Shown piece by piece: positions 1 to 11,219 of a stretch of DNA of 64,000 bases; position 1 is the first letter of the stretch, and every line of letters starts with the position of its first letter. This stretch comes from Massalongia carnosa (Eukaryota), in contig OZ287070.1 in the NCBI GenBank assembly GCA_965645245.1, positions 620,001 to 684,000 of the forward strand, read 5' to 3'. The notes under the pieces were generated by a model, which saw only the letters and a list, made by a program, of their open reading frames with translations, was not told the origin of the DNA and searched no databases. The position numbers and the translations under genes are program-made.

Positions 1-473
1 AGCAGCCCTTCAGATATACTCTGTACAGCAACGGTCATGTGAAAGTTTATAGCACCCATGATAGGTATCACATTTTCTCCAGAGTCTATACCCTACGCAC
101 GGCGGTTCTGCATGGGGGTTCCAGCTGGTCAAAACTGGCGCTCCGTGCGTTCTACAGAGTACAGAATACAAATGAAGGGCCTAAAGGAGATCCAGCAAGC
201 CGAAATAATCTATGATTGACAAATTTTACGCTCGAGCCTCACGGCTTAATGCGATGAAGATGAGAAGAAACAAAGAACCCAGGTTAAAGTATGGATCCAT
301 GGTATTACGTGTACAGAGTAGGTACTCACATACTCTGTAGCGTCCTGAAGATCGACAGTCCTATTCAAGGATACGTACCGTACGCTGTACGGTTTGGCCG
401 GTACGGAATGTACATCTGCACTGAGTTACTCTGCACATGTGTTCACGATTGACGGGAGAGAGCGATCGGTACT

Positions 474-522
474 CTGTATGCTGTACGCTGTACGCTGTAC
501 GCTGTACGCTGTACGCTGTACA
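474..522. repeat. Heptamer tandem repeat (CTGTACG)x7
   Basis: CTGTATG, then five exact CTGTACG (481-515), then CTGTACA. Confidence 0.95.
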
Positions 523-1253
523 CCGCACGCTACCCTTGGTACGTATGTATCATCAGCCGCAATCCGTGGACCCATGGATTCGTGGATCCGTACCAATATA
601 CAGAGTAATATGAGATGAAAAGACATGGACAAGGGGGATGATAAGGTGACACAACACCAAGGCACTTGATGGAATACCATGGCGTATAGAGTACAAAGTA
701 CAGAGTTCGGAGTATCAAGATGATGGTTAAATGTCAACTCGTTTCGTTTCTAATGGTTGCACACTTTGAACTTTCGAAGCCACTGGAAACGCCAGAAGAA
801 TGTCGGTGTATCGATGCAGCGATCGAGAATGCTCTCTTCATTCGCTGGGAGTGATTTGAAAGGATGGCCCCGTTGTCCTTTCATTTGACCAGGTCGACAT
901 AGGATGATGGGAATTCACTTTGACTTCCCTCGGGCTTCCCTTTGGCTTTTTCCTTCGTCCTGTCAAATGTGTCAAAGGGCGTCAAAGAGTGTCACAAATC
1001 GTTCCCGGGCCGGCTCCTTACGACCCGCTCTTAACCTTATCGGGCCACTAGAAGCGCAGGCAAAGGTAAATCACGCAACCGGCAGCAACCCCCTGCGACA
1101 AAAAACTCAATCGATATCCGAGAGGCCATCCTGATCCAGCTCAACCATGGACACGCCATCACGTCAAACAAAATCTTTGCTCCATATGCTCTTGCCCTTG
1201 AGCTGGTCCCCGTAATACAACGTACAGAGTACGTTTTTCGGTTAGGTACGTAT

Positions 1254-1293
1254 CGCCGTACGCCGTACGCCGTACGCCGCACGCAGTACGCAG
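1254..1293. repeat. Heptamer tandem repeat (CGCCGTA)x3 plus degenerate copies
   Basis: CGCCGTA CGCCGTA CGCCGTA CGCCGCA CGCAGTA CGCAG read directly. Confidence 0.9.
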
Positions 1294-1550
1294 AATATAT
1301 CGATTCACAACTAACCTATGACTGATGAATACAACGAAGGTATCTTACCTCCCTTGATAAACCAAATAATATCGTTTGAAACCACCATTAAATTTGCTCC
1401 ACCCCCGTAATCTTTGTTTATTCTGTCCTGTGCTCGTCATGGCGTTTACAAATCACACACCCCCGTCCAGCTTAAACCAAAGAATAGTGATATAATACCC
1501 CTCCGTCCGATCCTCATCTCTTTTCCTCTTTCTCTCTTCCCTTCTTCGCA

Positions 1551-2278
1551 ATGCCCAACTTTACCGCAGACCATCATAGTCGAGATAAGCCCGATGCCTC
1601 AATACAGCCCTCCCAAGTCAGACTCCCCACCGCCCCTCCCTCCGCCTCCTCCGAACTCGCCAGTCTTAAGATAAAGTTGCAGCAATCCATCCGCCAGTTC
1701 CTCGACTTTCCTACCAAAGGCATTCTCTTCGAAGACATCCTACCCTTGTTCGCCAACCCGGACCTTCACCGATCCCTCATCCGTGCTTTGGAGCTATATG
1801 TCCGAGGTCATCACGGAGAGGACCAGAAGCCTGATGTGGTGGTCGGGTTGGAAGCAAGAGGATTTCTGTTTGGACCGAGCCTGGCACTTGCGCTGGGGGC
1901 CGGGTTTGTTCCAATCCGAAAGAAGGGCAAGCTACCTGGTCCGACGGAGACAGCTGGATTCGAGAAAGAGTACGGAAAGGACTGGTTTGAAATACAGAAG
2001 GATGCAATCAAGCAGGGGCAGCGGGTAGTCATCGTTGATGATATCATTGCAACCGGTACGCTTAGACACCAGAAAGCCATATCTGCTGCTTCGGCTGACA
2101 AATTTTATGTGCAGGCGGATCCGCATCAGCTGCTGGTGCCTTGGTCAGATCATTGGGAGGCAATCTCCTAGGCTACGTGTTTTTACTTGAGCTTGACTTC
2201 CTCCAGGGCAGAGAGAAGCTGGACGCTCCCGTGTACACTCTACTCTCTAGCCAAGCAGACGGTCCCACGACCTCTTAA
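1551..2278 (+). CDS. APT1: Adenine phosphoribosyltransferase (2 exons; intron 2056-2114)
   Basis: DFPTKGILFED, GLEARGFLFG, RKKGKLPG and the PRPP-binding motif VVIVDDIIATG|GSA. Splicing the GTACGC...GCAG intron restores the C-terminus ...ELDFLQGREKLDAPVYTLL...TAA at 2276-2278. Confidence 0.95.
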
Positions 2279-3064
2279 TTTCAATACGTTCGAGAAGCAG
2301 CTTGCAGCTATCAGTTCATTCCTCGCCATCGAGTGCCCGCCCTATGGCCCCATCTGGTTCTTCAAACAAGCTCGACAAGACGACCCGCTTTAGTTCCAAG
2401 CCGGAACGATCTTGTTGCACGGCATCGCTGGCTGTCTATCTCTAGCAATCCACTCCAAAGATATCTCTACGTCAGAGCTAGCCAAGGTTCCTATCCCTCG
2501 AATGATCCCCACTCAATAGCTCCATATACCAGACCCTGGTGTTCTCGCTTCCTCAAGCTCCCCCCCGAGACTGTTTGTAGAGCTCAGATTGGTAATCATA
2601 GATGGAATAGAAGGGTTATAGCTGATTGGCTATATATACACGCCTAATGTTTAATGGTGTAGAAATCGGCAGTTGCGCATTAGGTGGACGAAAAGGCGTA
2701 AATTGGATGAGAAATTGGCTACCTGGCTTGATGCGATTTCTAAACCGTTCAATAGAAGGAAACATTACGATCAGGGGGAATCCTTGAGCTCCTCTTGTGA
2801 AACATGCCATGAATGCCGTGTTCCCTGCAGACGGAAACCTCCTCCATCCCTTAATTTAGGCCCCCCTGCTCTCTCGCTTGATATCTAATCAATGACATCA
2901 TCGCCTGTGGACTGATGTTCGTCACGTCGTACACCCGGGAATTGATAACTCCACCCCTCGCACAATCCCTAACTAATCTCCACCCAGCAACCTCCATCTC
3001 CACGTCTCCGATCCAAACGTCCAAACGATCCCTACCGACCGAGCTCACCCCCTAGCGTGCAACC

Positions 3065-3711
3065 ATGGCGGATATGAAACAAATCTCCACCGATGATGCG
3101 TTTGCCCGTACGTCCCCCGCTTCACCTCAGCGTGACCCTGGACCCCTTCGTCATATAGTTACTAAGATCCCACTCGCTTACTTGCTGACCCCTTCCACAG
3201 CCGCTGGCCCATACGTACCTCTCCCTCCTTCCCATTTCCCTTTCCCCTTTCCCCTTTCCCCTTTTCCCTTTCCCCCTCCCTTCCCCCCCCCCCCCCAAGA
3301 CAAACTCACTAACCCCCGACCCTCCTCCCCCTTTAAACCCCAAAAAAGTCCCAAGCAATCCTCACTCCCCAACTCCTGTTCGTCTCCGGGCAAATTCCCC
3401 ACCCGCCCGCCTCCTCCCCGCCCCTACCCATCACCGCCAGCATCGCGCAGAAAACCGCGCAGTGCATCGCCAACCTGCGCGCCATCCTCGAGGCGGCCGG
3501 CAGCGGCTTGCACCGCGTTGTGAAAACGACGGTGTTCCTGACGGATATGGAGCGGGATTTCGGCGCGATGAACGAGGAGTATGGGAAGTGGTTCGTGGGC
3601 GGAGGAGGGAAGGGAGAGAAGGGGGGGGCGAGGCCGGCGAGGAGCTGCGTGGAGGTGAGGAGGTTGCCGTTGGGCGCCGAAGTCGAGATTGAGTGTGTGG
3701 CGCTTCCTTAG
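3065..3711 (+). CDS. RidA/YjgF/endoribonuclease L-PSP family enamine/imine deaminase (introns 3108-3200 and 3215-3348; 14-nt middle exon)
   Basis: Spliced product has AAGPYSQA, LFVSGQIP, VVKTTVFL, PARSCVEV..LPLGAEVEIECVA, all hallmark RidA motifs. Confidence 0.9.
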
Positions 3712-5799
3712 GTAGGGGGTGCGAATAGAGCAGTTTCGGGGGAGATGGTGGGGAGGCAATTTACCCCTAGGTTTCTTCCAAGTTCCATTCGTCCGAAAGC
3801 AAACCCCCTCCCCGGGAGCCGCATTATAGATTTATATCATCTGAGAAAGGGAAGGGCCCTGCGGAGCTAATAAGGATGATGATGCCGACGACGGAGTACG
3901 CTGACCGACTGATTGAGAAAAAGAAAAGCCTAATCATCGTTTGTTTCTTTTCATTATATGTACCCCCGTCTTACTTCCTTGGTTTTTTTTACTCTCTTCG
4001 TTTCTTTCCTTCCTCTCTCTCGCTCTCTCTCTCTCTCCCTCGCGCGCGCGCATTTATCCCTTCACGACAGCCTGCCTTTCTTTTTCTTTACTCTTCCTCT
4101 TCTTCTGCTTCCCCTTCCTTTAGGATTCATTAACCGCCGAGACTCGTCCTACATGTTATTTATCTTCCTACCTATCTATCAATCACAGTCTCCTTAGGCA
4201 TTTTACTGATTGATATAACTAGCCTTTCTCGCTCACTCACGCATTTACTCATTCGCTTCCCTTCCCTTCCCTTCTCTGATCCATACATACATACCGCGTT
4301 TGGGAATGGGATTTTATTCGGTATGTATTGTATCTACTTTGTGTTTAGTTATTGAAAAATTTGCAAGAGTCGTTTACGATTCTTATAGTAGTAGTAGGTA
4401 TAAGTATGTATGTAGCATGGATCTTTTTAAAGTGGGGGGGGAAGAAGCATACCACAGCGTCACTCGTTCATCAAAACATCTAAACACCGTCTTCTCCACC
4501 AACCAGCAAATAGCTCACTCTAGGTATCTAGGTAGGTAGCTAAGTATGTCAACCTTAACCCCCAACCCCTAGCCCCCAGAAAGAATCCAAGGATCCGATC
4601 AAAAAAAGTCCCCACGGAAATAGCAGCGACATAGAAAACGGCAAGAGACTCCATCCCTCCCATACATACATACAATATACATAACTTCCCAAATCCCCAA
4701 ACCTGAACACTCACACCTATCTCCCGTTTCTCTCTCCCGTCCTTTCTCCTTGTTCCACCGTACACTCCTACACTAAACCTCCGAGATTGAATACGGAAAA
4801 CAGAGTGAGTAGGCGAGGTAGGTGGACAGTAAGAGAAAAATGGAATGATAGAGAGAAGAGAAAGGGGGGAATGATAAATATGAATGGTAAAAGATTGTAG
4901 TAGAAAATTGATGTGAATGGATGAACGTACAAATCGACAGAAGCCAACTTGAGCCCCACGTCACCATAAGAAACCAAACGAGGGACATGAGATGACGATG
5001 GGAGGGTAAGATGCAAGTAACAAATAAGGAGTAAAAGGGTATTGGAGATAGGAGTGATTCACCAACTAAATATCTATAAAACACCGCTACTCAAAGGGGA
5101 TCTTCTTCCAGAATTATCCATTCCTAGGGTCCCCCCTGCTTTACTCCCGCAGTATTCACCAGCCACTTCATCTCTCTGCGACCTCGTACCCATTCACCAG
5201 CCGCTTCTCGCCCTCGTGGATTTTCGCGCCTTGGAAATTCATGAACTTCAAATGAGTCGGTAGGATATACATCGCTGGAGGTGGAAGCCCCAGGCTAGCT
5301 AATCTTAGGTTTCCCAGCACCTTGATTCACGTCGTAGCCGGTGGGAAGGGGTGGGTTTATAAGGGGATTTGGAATCGGTTTCGCGTCAGCAGCTTGCTGC
5401 TCCAAAGTTCCTTCCTGACAGTGAGTAATACTGCGAGTTCAACGATGATTAATCCCCATGAACGAGCATATTCGCCGTATGGACTAACACGTATTGTTTG
5501 AGAACAGAGGAAATGATTGACTGAAGGTTATAGAGGGTGCTATGTTGGATTTACTAAAAACAAGAAAAAGGAGGGGGGTGGGATAACTGAAGCCGGGAAG
5601 GGAAGGAAAAGATAATGAACCAAATGAATAATGAAGTCTAATACATGTAGAAACATGTTGATTTTTAATAAAGAAGCGCAGAGCGACTAGAAACACCGAA
5701 GCTGAAGATATAATTGCCAAACTTGAACCGATTTGAAAGAGCCGACGAGAGGAATATCCTTTACACTATGTGTTATCTATATTACGTCCACGATCCATG

Positions 5800-6900
5800 T
5801 CAGGCGTAACAACTTCTCTAGAACCTATTTCCCATCGACACCGCCGGTTAAACGTGTCAATACAGTACCGCATGTTTGTTGGCTACTTTGCGTAGGTATA
5901 CATACACTGTGACGAGTGTTGTTAGGTCGCTACTTTTGATGTCAATCAGCCAAGCTGCTCAGTCCATAGTCCCTAAAGGGTTATACACAAACCGGTAATA
6001 CATCAACGCGGTCAGGAGATACATCAGCGACGAATCCGTCACCATACCAGAGTCCACTTGCTTGGCTTTGCCTCTGCGAATGTTCTTGAGAGGGCGAAAA
6101 AATGTATGAAGCCTCAAGCAAGCAAGGAGAGAACCAAGACACCTGCTCTGATGAAAGCAATGGCTATGATTGGGACCAATGCTACAGAAAGGCAAGAGGC
6201 AATCATAGACTTGTCCTAAAACAGCAAATATGGAAGCGCCATCACAGTTGCCATCCAAAACCACGACTATTTTAAGATGTGAAGTCTTGAAAAAAACAGG
6301 ACAACCCAAAACACAGCCGCCAGGACTACGGTGTTGCTCAGATGTAGTCAGCAGATCAAGTTCAGGTATTACTCAACAACCTTGAAGACGGCAACTTGAA
6401 GGAAATAGAATTCCACAGCCAAACTGAAGCCCAAGTGCGCTCCTCCCCGAAAGTCGGTGTCCAGCTGCCGTACACATCTGTCTCTATTGGGGCTTCTTCT
6501 AGCCTCGCCCGATGATCAGAACCAACACATCAGAACAACGAATGAGCTGAGGAGCATGGTGCCTAGGCTTTAGTCCATTTAATACCACTCATGCTATAAA
6601 GCTCAATGGTTTAGGGCAGCACTCTGGAATAAATAATGCTAATCAAAAATCGTGTTGCTTTGCATCTGCTTTGAGTTGTTCTTCTCAATATCGGGCGCTA
6701 TGTCCCTGAAGCGCTCTTCCGCAATTTCCTAGCTGCAGAACACGGAGACCGAAGGGTAATTGCCAAGCGGATGAAATTCTACACAGTAAACATAGCATCA
6801 AAAGCGCACAGCGAAAGTGAGCTTTGCAATGCATTCGCACATCTCGAGGATAAACCAAGGACCATGCTGCAGGGCTGAACCATCAGTGAAGGGCAAGAGG
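5800..6900 (+). pseudogene. Possible decayed ankyrin-repeat-like gene relic
   Basis: Stop-interrupted fragments TPALMKAMAMIG...IIDLS*, SKYGSAITVAIQN and LAAEHGD resemble ankyrin consensus pieces. No long ORF; the relic ends at the transposon edge. Confidence 0.25.
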
Positions 6901-7019
6901 GACTAATCGTGCCAAAATTGCCCATCACCCTACTGACGCATTCAGCCTACTTACGCACTTTTCCCATTTTTACTACCATTTCCGCTACAAATTGGGGACA
7001 ACAACGGTTAATCAAGATT

Positions 7020-8737
7020 TCATTGATTATGACGCTGGTAAAACAGCTTTGCTTGCCTGGGCATCGATCGAGCGATGCGTTTATACCTTTTGTCCAGGGC
7101 TATCTGCTTCTTTTCAGCAGCTAGTTGGGCCCGTTCATAGGCCAGCCTGGTCATTTCCACCTCATTCTTTTCAGCAGCTAGTTGGGCCCGTTCATAGGCC
7201 AGCCTGGTCATTTCCACCTCATTCTGACAGCGTTTTGAGGTTTTGGCTCGTACGCCCCCCACGGTTATGACCCCTCCCTTCTGGGCGACCTTTCCATCCA
7301 GTTTTTTACGGGCCGCCTTTGCGACGGATTGTTGATGACTGGCCAGAAGGTCCCGTTCAACAATCTAACATACATGAGCGCTAGAAATGGAACCTTCACA
7401 ATTCGCCCCACATGACGCTCCCATTCGTTGTCCAGCACCTTGTATTTGGCCAGACTCATACGGAGACGCATACCGTATTCAACCACCTCTTTAGTCGTAC
7501 GGGGCGTTCTGGCGAGCAATGGGGCTGACGAAGGTGGGGGCGGGGTAGCAGGTCTTCGGGTCTGAATGGCCTCCAACTTTCGAATTACCACATCGGGATT
7601 GTAAGGCACCAAACCCGTGTTTCTGAATGACGATAATATAGTGGCCGAGGTGAATGTTTGATTTCGCATGCGCTGAAAAATCGACAAAAAGTCGAGTTTG
7701 TCGAAATCTGCCCCTCCGAGTCGTACCAGTTCGTCAATGCCTTCGGAATGATAATGTTTAAATGGCTGAAAACATCCTACGTCCAATGGCTGAGTGAGAT
7801 GTGTTGAATGAGGTGGCAAACGAAACAATTCAATCTGATTTCGTTTGGCATATGTAAAGAACTCGTATGTCATACGAGATCCATATCCGTCCATAATCAA
7901 CATACGCCAGGCACCTACCTGACCCTTTCGACTGTGTTTATCAAAATGTTTCAGCCAATCAATGGCCAAGTCATCATTGGAATAGCCGGTAGGACTGGTA
8001 GTCAACAAAACATCGTCATTCAGGTCGTTCTGCTGCGCCCATTTTTCGAGAATCAAAACCCCCGCGATAATCACCATTGGGGGAATGTCTCGACCACCAG
8101 CACTAATACACTCACAGGAGGTGACGTATTCTCTGTTGTCTGGGTTTGTCAACAACAGAGGCTTTCTGGAATGACCTGACACCACCCAATGAGCCCTGCC
8201 ACAGCCAATTCGAAAGCCCGTTTCATCCATGTTCCAAACATCCTCGTCCACTATTCCCCGCGCCTCGCGCGCAGCCCGATATGCCTCGAAATATTCACGT
8301 ATGTCCTTTGCATTGTGCGCGTGTTTTCGCTCGGCCGCCAAAGGTTTTTGTTTTCGTTTGAAGAACTGAGGATTGCGATTGAGGAAACGTTTAGTCCAAG
8401 AATTGCTGACGATGGAGGGGGGAGTGAAGGCGTCTAAATGGGCTTCTCGAAGTAGATAATTGGCAGCTCCACGAACCATTGGAAATCTGGCTGATTGTTC
8501 AGCTTGATCGAGCATTCGAATGTAATCACAAATAGCCAATTCCTGTTCATCAGATAACGCCTTGTTGGGGGGAGTTCGGCCAATGCGCGAACCTCCTCCA
8601 GCAAGTCGTCTTTGAAGAGTACGAACGTCCACGTCAAAATCAATGGCTGCTGCGCGTATACTTCGAAATTCACCCGTGTCCCACGCGTTTATAGCGTCAA
8701 AAATTCGATCCTCCTTATTAGAATATAAATTAGTCAT
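7020..8737 (-). pseudogene. Fot1-like DDE_1 transposase, C-terminally disrupted
   Basis: HTH (SIRAAAIDFDVDVRTLQRR), WNMDETG, IMDGYGSR, LPPHSTHLTQPLDVG. Frameshift near 7395 and TAG at 7365-7367 before the QKGGVITVG C-terminal segment, which continues to 7020. Confidence 0.85.
7111..7224. repeat. Perfect 57-bp tandem duplication inside the transposase 3' end
   Basis: 7111-7167 is identical to 7168-7224 and encodes NEVEMTRLAYERAQLAAEK twice on the minus strand. Confidence 0.95.
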
Positions 8738-8891
8738 GGTGGTGGTGGATGAACGACGTGGTGGAAATGGTAGTAAAAATGGGAAAAGTGCGTCAGTAGG
8801 CTGAATGCGTTGTGCGTCAGTAGGGTGATGGGCACTAGACCCTGACTCGGTTGGGGTTTAGTGTTTTGGCACGATTAGCATGTACGGAGTA

Positions 8892-11090
8892 CAGTCGAAA
8901 CCCTATAGGGAAGTTCCGTGTAACGAAAACCTCGGCATAACGAAATTATTTTTCGGATTTTTTGTAGTTATATGCTAGCTAGCTAGCTATATACATATCT
9001 AGCCCGCCCGCTCCTTCGCTACATAGCTAGCTGGCTGGCTGGTAAAAACCTCGTTATAACGAAAAACCTCTCCATTACGATATAATGAAATTTATTTTCA
9101 TATTTTTGGTGACATTCGTTATAGCGAGGTGGTAAAACTATCATATATTTGCTGCGATTCTGCTGTAAATATGTCTCGAGAATGGCCTGCCTCCATGTCT
9201 TTGTCAACTTCCCCCCTTCGAAAAAAAACTCGTCATGGAATCACGAATATTCAGCGAAAAGCTCTTCGGGACTGGTACAATGATGATTCAAAGGATAAAG
9301 TGACTCAGAACGACTGTCGCATGTGGTGGAAAAGAGAGTATAATTATGTGCCTGGGAGTGCATCTATCAGCGAGATTCTTAGTTCCAAATATGCTTACTT
9401 GGATGATAAAGAGGAGGCGAGTTCAATCCAACGGGATGTTATTCCCAAATGGCCTGTGTTAGAAGATGCTTTATTCGAATAGGAGCAGCGATATGAACAG
9501 GCCAGTCTCACTGTTAATGCTGACGTGCTACGGACCAAGGCCACCGAGTTGTGGAACAAACTGCCTCAGTATGAAGGTATTCCCACTCCGAAATGGAGCA
9601 ATGGCTGGCTGGATCGGTTTAAAAGACGACGAGGACTCAAACAACGCATTCATCATGGCGAGGCTGGTTCAGCTGATCAAAGCGAAAATGTACAGCAGAT
9701 AATGACTGATCTTCGTAAATTAGTATCTGAATATGCTGCCAAAGACGTTTATAACATGGATGAAACAGGGCTTTTTTGGAAAATGGCACCCGATCGATCT
9801 CTTGGTACTGAGAGGCACGCCGGTCAGAAGCAGGATAAGGTGTGTTTTTCACAGTAAGCTGCTTCAATTTGGCAGAGTTCTAATTATAACAGGCTAGAAT
9901 CACTGCCTGTCTCACATGTAATGCTGATGGGTCGGATAAACCTGATATCTGGTTTATTGGTAAGGCCAAAAGGCCATAGTGTTTTCGGGATGCCAAAATT
10001 CATGGACTAGAGAATGTGGGTGCTGTTTGGAGGTATAATCCCAAGGCCTGGAATAGCAACATCATCATAAGAGAATATTTGCATTGGTTAAATGGTCATA
10101 TAAATGGACGATCGATTTTGTTGTTGATGGATAATTTCAGTGCTCACGAATTGGCTGTGAAAATTTTGATGGATGAAGGTAAATAAATCAATGTGTTAAC
10201 GTTATGATTAATCATGACATCATTTCTAAAATTCGTCTATCCAGGTGTTTTGCAGAATATTCGCATTGCGTGGCTACCTGCAAATGCCACCTCAGTACAT
10301 TACCCTTTGGATCAAGGCATCATACAAAACTGGAAGGTCTATGTACGAAAACAACTCGTCAAGTTTATGGTAAGTTCTTTCGATGCTGGAAAAGATCCGA
10401 CTGCCTCCATAAATGTTCTTCGTGTCATTCAATGGGGCATTTCAGCATGGGAAAACGACGTCAAACCTTCCACCATACAGAACTGCTGGGGGCGATCAGG
10501 AGTCATTGATTGGGGTTCAGCACCCTTCAATCAACCAAGAACCTCGAGATGGGTCGAGTCCGAGACTGTTTTGCAAGAAATTACACAGGACATATGTCAG
10601 ATGCAGGTCATGGGTAGAATAGAAGAGGCGATGAACATTCATCAATTTATAAACCCGCCCGAGGAGGCTATAGGGGACACAAATGAAGATATTATGAATG
10701 ATATCGTTTCACGATATGCGGAGCAGGAAAGGCTCGCTGAGACGGATGAAGAGGTGGAAGTTACACCTGTTATAACGGTCTGTCAAGCACAGGAGGCTTG
10801 TAGGATCCTGAGACTGCATGAAGAACAGCAGTTGAAGGGCGATATGGGCATGCTTCGTCAATTACGAAGGCATGAACGGGGGCTGTTCGAAAGACGGCAA
10901 AACAGTCAAAAACAATATACTTTAAACACTTGGGTAGTTGCTGGGGACAAGGGGGGGGGATTGGGAGTTTATAGGGGGGCAAAGTAGTAAATTTACCATG
11001 ATTTTCCCCATCTCCCCCGATATAACGAAAAACCCGCTATAACGAAATTATTTTGGTAAAACGCCACCATCGTTATGGCGGGTTCGACTG
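8892..11090 (+). mobile_element. Tigger/pogo (CENP-B-like) DNA transposon with TA target duplication
   Basis: Ends TA|CAGTCGAA... and ...TTCGACTG|TA (TA at 8890-8891 and 11091-11092). Multiple subterminal (A)TAACGAAA repeats at both ends. Contains transposase remnants. Confidence 0.9.
9171..10987 (+). pseudogene. CENP-B/Tigger-like transposase with two introns (9840-9892, 10179-10244) and two in-frame TAG stops
   Basis: N-terminal HTH, SNGWLDRFKRR, YNMDETGLFWK, LLMDNFSAH, WLPANATS..PLDQGII. Both GT-AG introns restore frame. Stops at 9480-9482 and 9977-9979. Confidence 0.85.
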
Positions 11091-11107
11091 TAATCAAAAA
11101 ATGTCCG

Positions 11108-11219
11108 GCTAAGCCCCTTCGGGTTAACAGGCTGACTATGTGCTATCGCACAACGTTAGTCAGTTGGGACGCTAATCCAAAGAAGCTTGGCGGGTTATGC
11201 TAACCTGGAGGGGCTTAGC
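11108..11219. mobile_element. About 110-bp MITE-like element
   Basis: 22-bp inverted repeat 11108-11129 vs 11198-11219 (19/22, all mismatches transitions). TA inside both outer edges; internal CTGACTA/TAGTCAG inverted repeat. Confidence 0.55.

Larger units (their letters stand above)
6906..8875 (-). mobile_element. Fot1/pogo-family (Tc1/mariner superfamily) DNA transposon with long TIRs and TA target duplication
   Basis: Inverted repeats 6919-6983 vs 8763-8834, plus an outer 15-bp inverted repeat 6903-6917 vs 8864-8878. TA at 6904-6905 and 8876-8877. Encloses a DDE_1 transposase. Confidence 0.9.

Noticed and set aside
394..737. Short ORFs containing (YAVRCTL)n or (TAYSVQR)n
   Set aside because: Translation artefacts of the CTGTACG tandem repeat.
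3876..3912. ATGATGA followed by CTGA (box C/D-like)
   Set aside because: Span of about 35 nt is too short and there is no terminal stem.
3876..5084. Hydrophobic Phe/Leu/Ser-rich ORFs here (and at 33306-33816)
   Set aside because: Produced by CT/GA low-complexity tracts; no splice structure or family motifs.
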